A DNA stretch of 64,000 nt from Podarcis vaucheri (taxonomy: Eukaryota), in NCBI GenBank assembly GCA_965113315.1, contig OZ220375.1, one strand, 5' to 3'. The translations under genes and the position numbers were made by a program. The first letter of the stretch is position 1. Each line of letters opens with the position of its first letter. Of the stretch, positions 49,367 through 64,000 are shown one piece after another. The notes below the pieces were generated by a model. The model saw only the letters and a list, made by a program, of their open reading frames with translations, was not told the origin of the DNA and ran no database searches.

Positions 49367-51648
49367 CACATATACTTTGCCTTGGGCTCCATGATGGAAT
49401 AAATTTATGTCAGTGACGTGGAGAAGTTGTCCGATGAAATACCCTTGCCACAGCATTGGATAAAGTTATCTTGAAGCTGTGGTGCTACTCTCTGGAAAGT
49501 GGGGGAAAATGTGCAATAGAAAGCAAAGGAAGTGGGAGAGAAACACAGGTGCCTGATTCAGAAAAGGGATTTCCTTCATATTTGGTGAACTTAGCATTTT
49601 GTTAGTGTGAAGTTCTCCTATGAAAGCCCCACTGGAGGAACAGGAGGGAAAATGTGCTGTTAAAGAACCTCGGTGGGGTGTATGGAGAGCTTCACAGCGG
49701 TTCCCAAATGGTGGTACGCAGACCCCTCAGGGGGTCCATCTAACCCACTCTGGGGTCCATGGCATATACCCATCAACTGTCCGAAAATGCGTGAGTATGC
49801 AGCGCCCAAAGCCACGTGTTTTTGGGTGCTTTGACTCACGGAGAAGCGCAGTCCAGAATATGCACATCCTGGTTCTGGTAACCACTGATCTAGATCATGA
49901 AAGGCATGGGTGTACCTATACTTTGGCAAATGTTGCAGCCAACTAAAAAAAAAAAAAGTGGTTGTATTCCAGCCATTGTAGGGGGAAACCAGTCATATCT
50001 CAAGCCATGAGTGTTGCAGTCATTGAAATTGTGAAACGCATAAAGTAAAACAAAAAAACCTGAGAGCCTATCTCTCCTACAGGAATAAGAAAGCAGTATG
50101 AATGGAAGTGAATATTAACCTCTGCCTTGTGGGTGAATTATGACTCATGGCATAGAATTTGAAAACAATGTCCTGCCCCCTTTTACAGTGCATCCACTAT
50201 GCAGCTGATGGCTACTCCCTTTGGGAGTCCACATTTAGGTGGGAGAATGTTGCTGCTGTTGCTGTGCTCGTGTCCTGTTTTTAAGAGTTCCCCGTAGGCA
50301 TTATTAGAAGAATTTTAAGGTCTCATATATAGAATATTCATAAATGCACACATATCTAAATATATGAACCAAGTGTCGGAAATAGTATGGGAGAGCAATC
50401 CTGAAGCCATTTTGACTCTCCCAATGACCTCAAATATTCCTCTGCAGGAAGGGAGGCAAATGGGAAAAGACTTCCCATTGTCTTTTTGCTTGCAAATCCT
50501 GTCTTAAGGTCATATTTGCGTATGAATAGGGCGAGTCTGTGAGATAGATTCAAGAACTAAAGTATTAACTATCACAAAAGAATGTCCAGACTGCCCAGGG
50601 AATGCAATCAGTGACCATTACTGTATTAGGTATCCTGGCGGACAGGATTTCTGCTGCAGCCCGCCTCCTCCTGTAATGTATGTATTATGTTTTGAGGGGT
50701 GGTCTTGGGCTACAGAGTGGGCAATTTCAAAAGTCTATATAAAGGCTTGCACACCATTGTTCAGGGTTCTCCTCCCTCCTGCGTGTGGTAAGTGGGGACC
50801 CTGTTGCAACAGTTTACTAAAGATCAGGCTTACTAGCCTTTTTGCTTCTCAATATACTCTGGTTGGCCTCTGTTATTTTCTCCTACTGATACGGAACCCA
50901 CTTAAGGACTCTATACGGGTTCCAGAATACCCCATAAGGGAAAGGGAGCAGTTTTTTCTTATAACAGCGTTTTGTCGGCCCCTGAGAGGAGAGGATGCTG
51001 ATCTATAGTTGGGCTTTTGTTCCGATCCCAGCAGGGCCCTTTTCACGCTGATCCTCATCAAAGGCTTTATTTCTTATAAAGAGCGGTCACCACGTGGTCA
51101 AAGTGCAAGAGCTGTGCCGGAAGCGACTGGCTAACGTCCGACGGAAATACTCGCCAGCCCCGGAAACAGTTGTGGAAGACTCGGGAGAAGCCGCGCTCTC
51201 TTTACTCTCTCCCCTCCCTCCTTTTAAGCGGGAGCCCGAACGGAAGAGGCAAACATGCGGCGCTAAGAAACAGACGCTAGCGGAAGTACCCGAGGCTCTC
51301 CGGAAAATTCCGAAGGCGCGGGGTTCTGCCTTTCCCCGAGGCTCTCCGGAAAAACTCGAAGGCGCGGGAGGGGGGGGCGGCCTCTCCCGAGCGTTCCTGG
51401 GAAGGCTCTCTGAATAAAGAAAAGCGAGCGAGGCTTTGTCCTAGAGAGGTTAAGGAGGCCGCCGAGCGTATTTCGAAAGGGTCTTCCGGAGATAGCCGAG
51501 CGTTTCCGTTAACACCCGAAGCTGCCGCCGGAAGCTGCCGAACTCAAGGGAAGGCGCCCCTGCGGCCTAGTGCGTGAGGAGGAGCTGGAGAGCGAGAGCT
51601 ACTAGAGCAGCTGCGAGGCCGCGTTCAGGCCGCCCTCCTCCGTCAACC

Positions 51649-64000
<12,352 letters not shown>

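Overview
Vertebrate genomic DNA, most likely a squamate (lizard), inferred from the repeats: RTE/BovB, CR1, Penelope, tRNA-derived SINEs and hAT and Tc1/mariner MITEs. The window is syntenic with the human 19q13.42 block. It holds ZNF865 (+, 20 C2H2 fingers), ZNF784-like (-), a single ZNF580/ZNF581-like gene (-), CCDC106 (+, 5 coding exons) and the first 8 coding exons of U2AF2 (+, runs off the window), each with its own CpG-island promoter. No CRISPR arrays, rRNA genes or functional tRNA genes were seen. The most interesting observations are: (1) a 342-nt candidate 5'UTR exon of ZNF865 that appears to fold end-to-end into a multibranch, G-U-rich RNA structure; (2) a ZNF784 with a duplicated 3-finger cassette and a spacer carrying about 10 'RQNG'-like motifs; (3) a motif-dense 5' exon of the ZNF580/581-like gene with a 150-codon ORF in frame with the zinc-finger CDS and separated from it by one TGA; (4) a 30-nt U2AF2 exon 3 unlike the human exon, with nested alternative acceptors; (5) a duplicated C-terminus in CCDC106. 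Gene names come from recalled human protein sequences, not database searches. Exon models are inferred from splice signals and reading-frame continuity.
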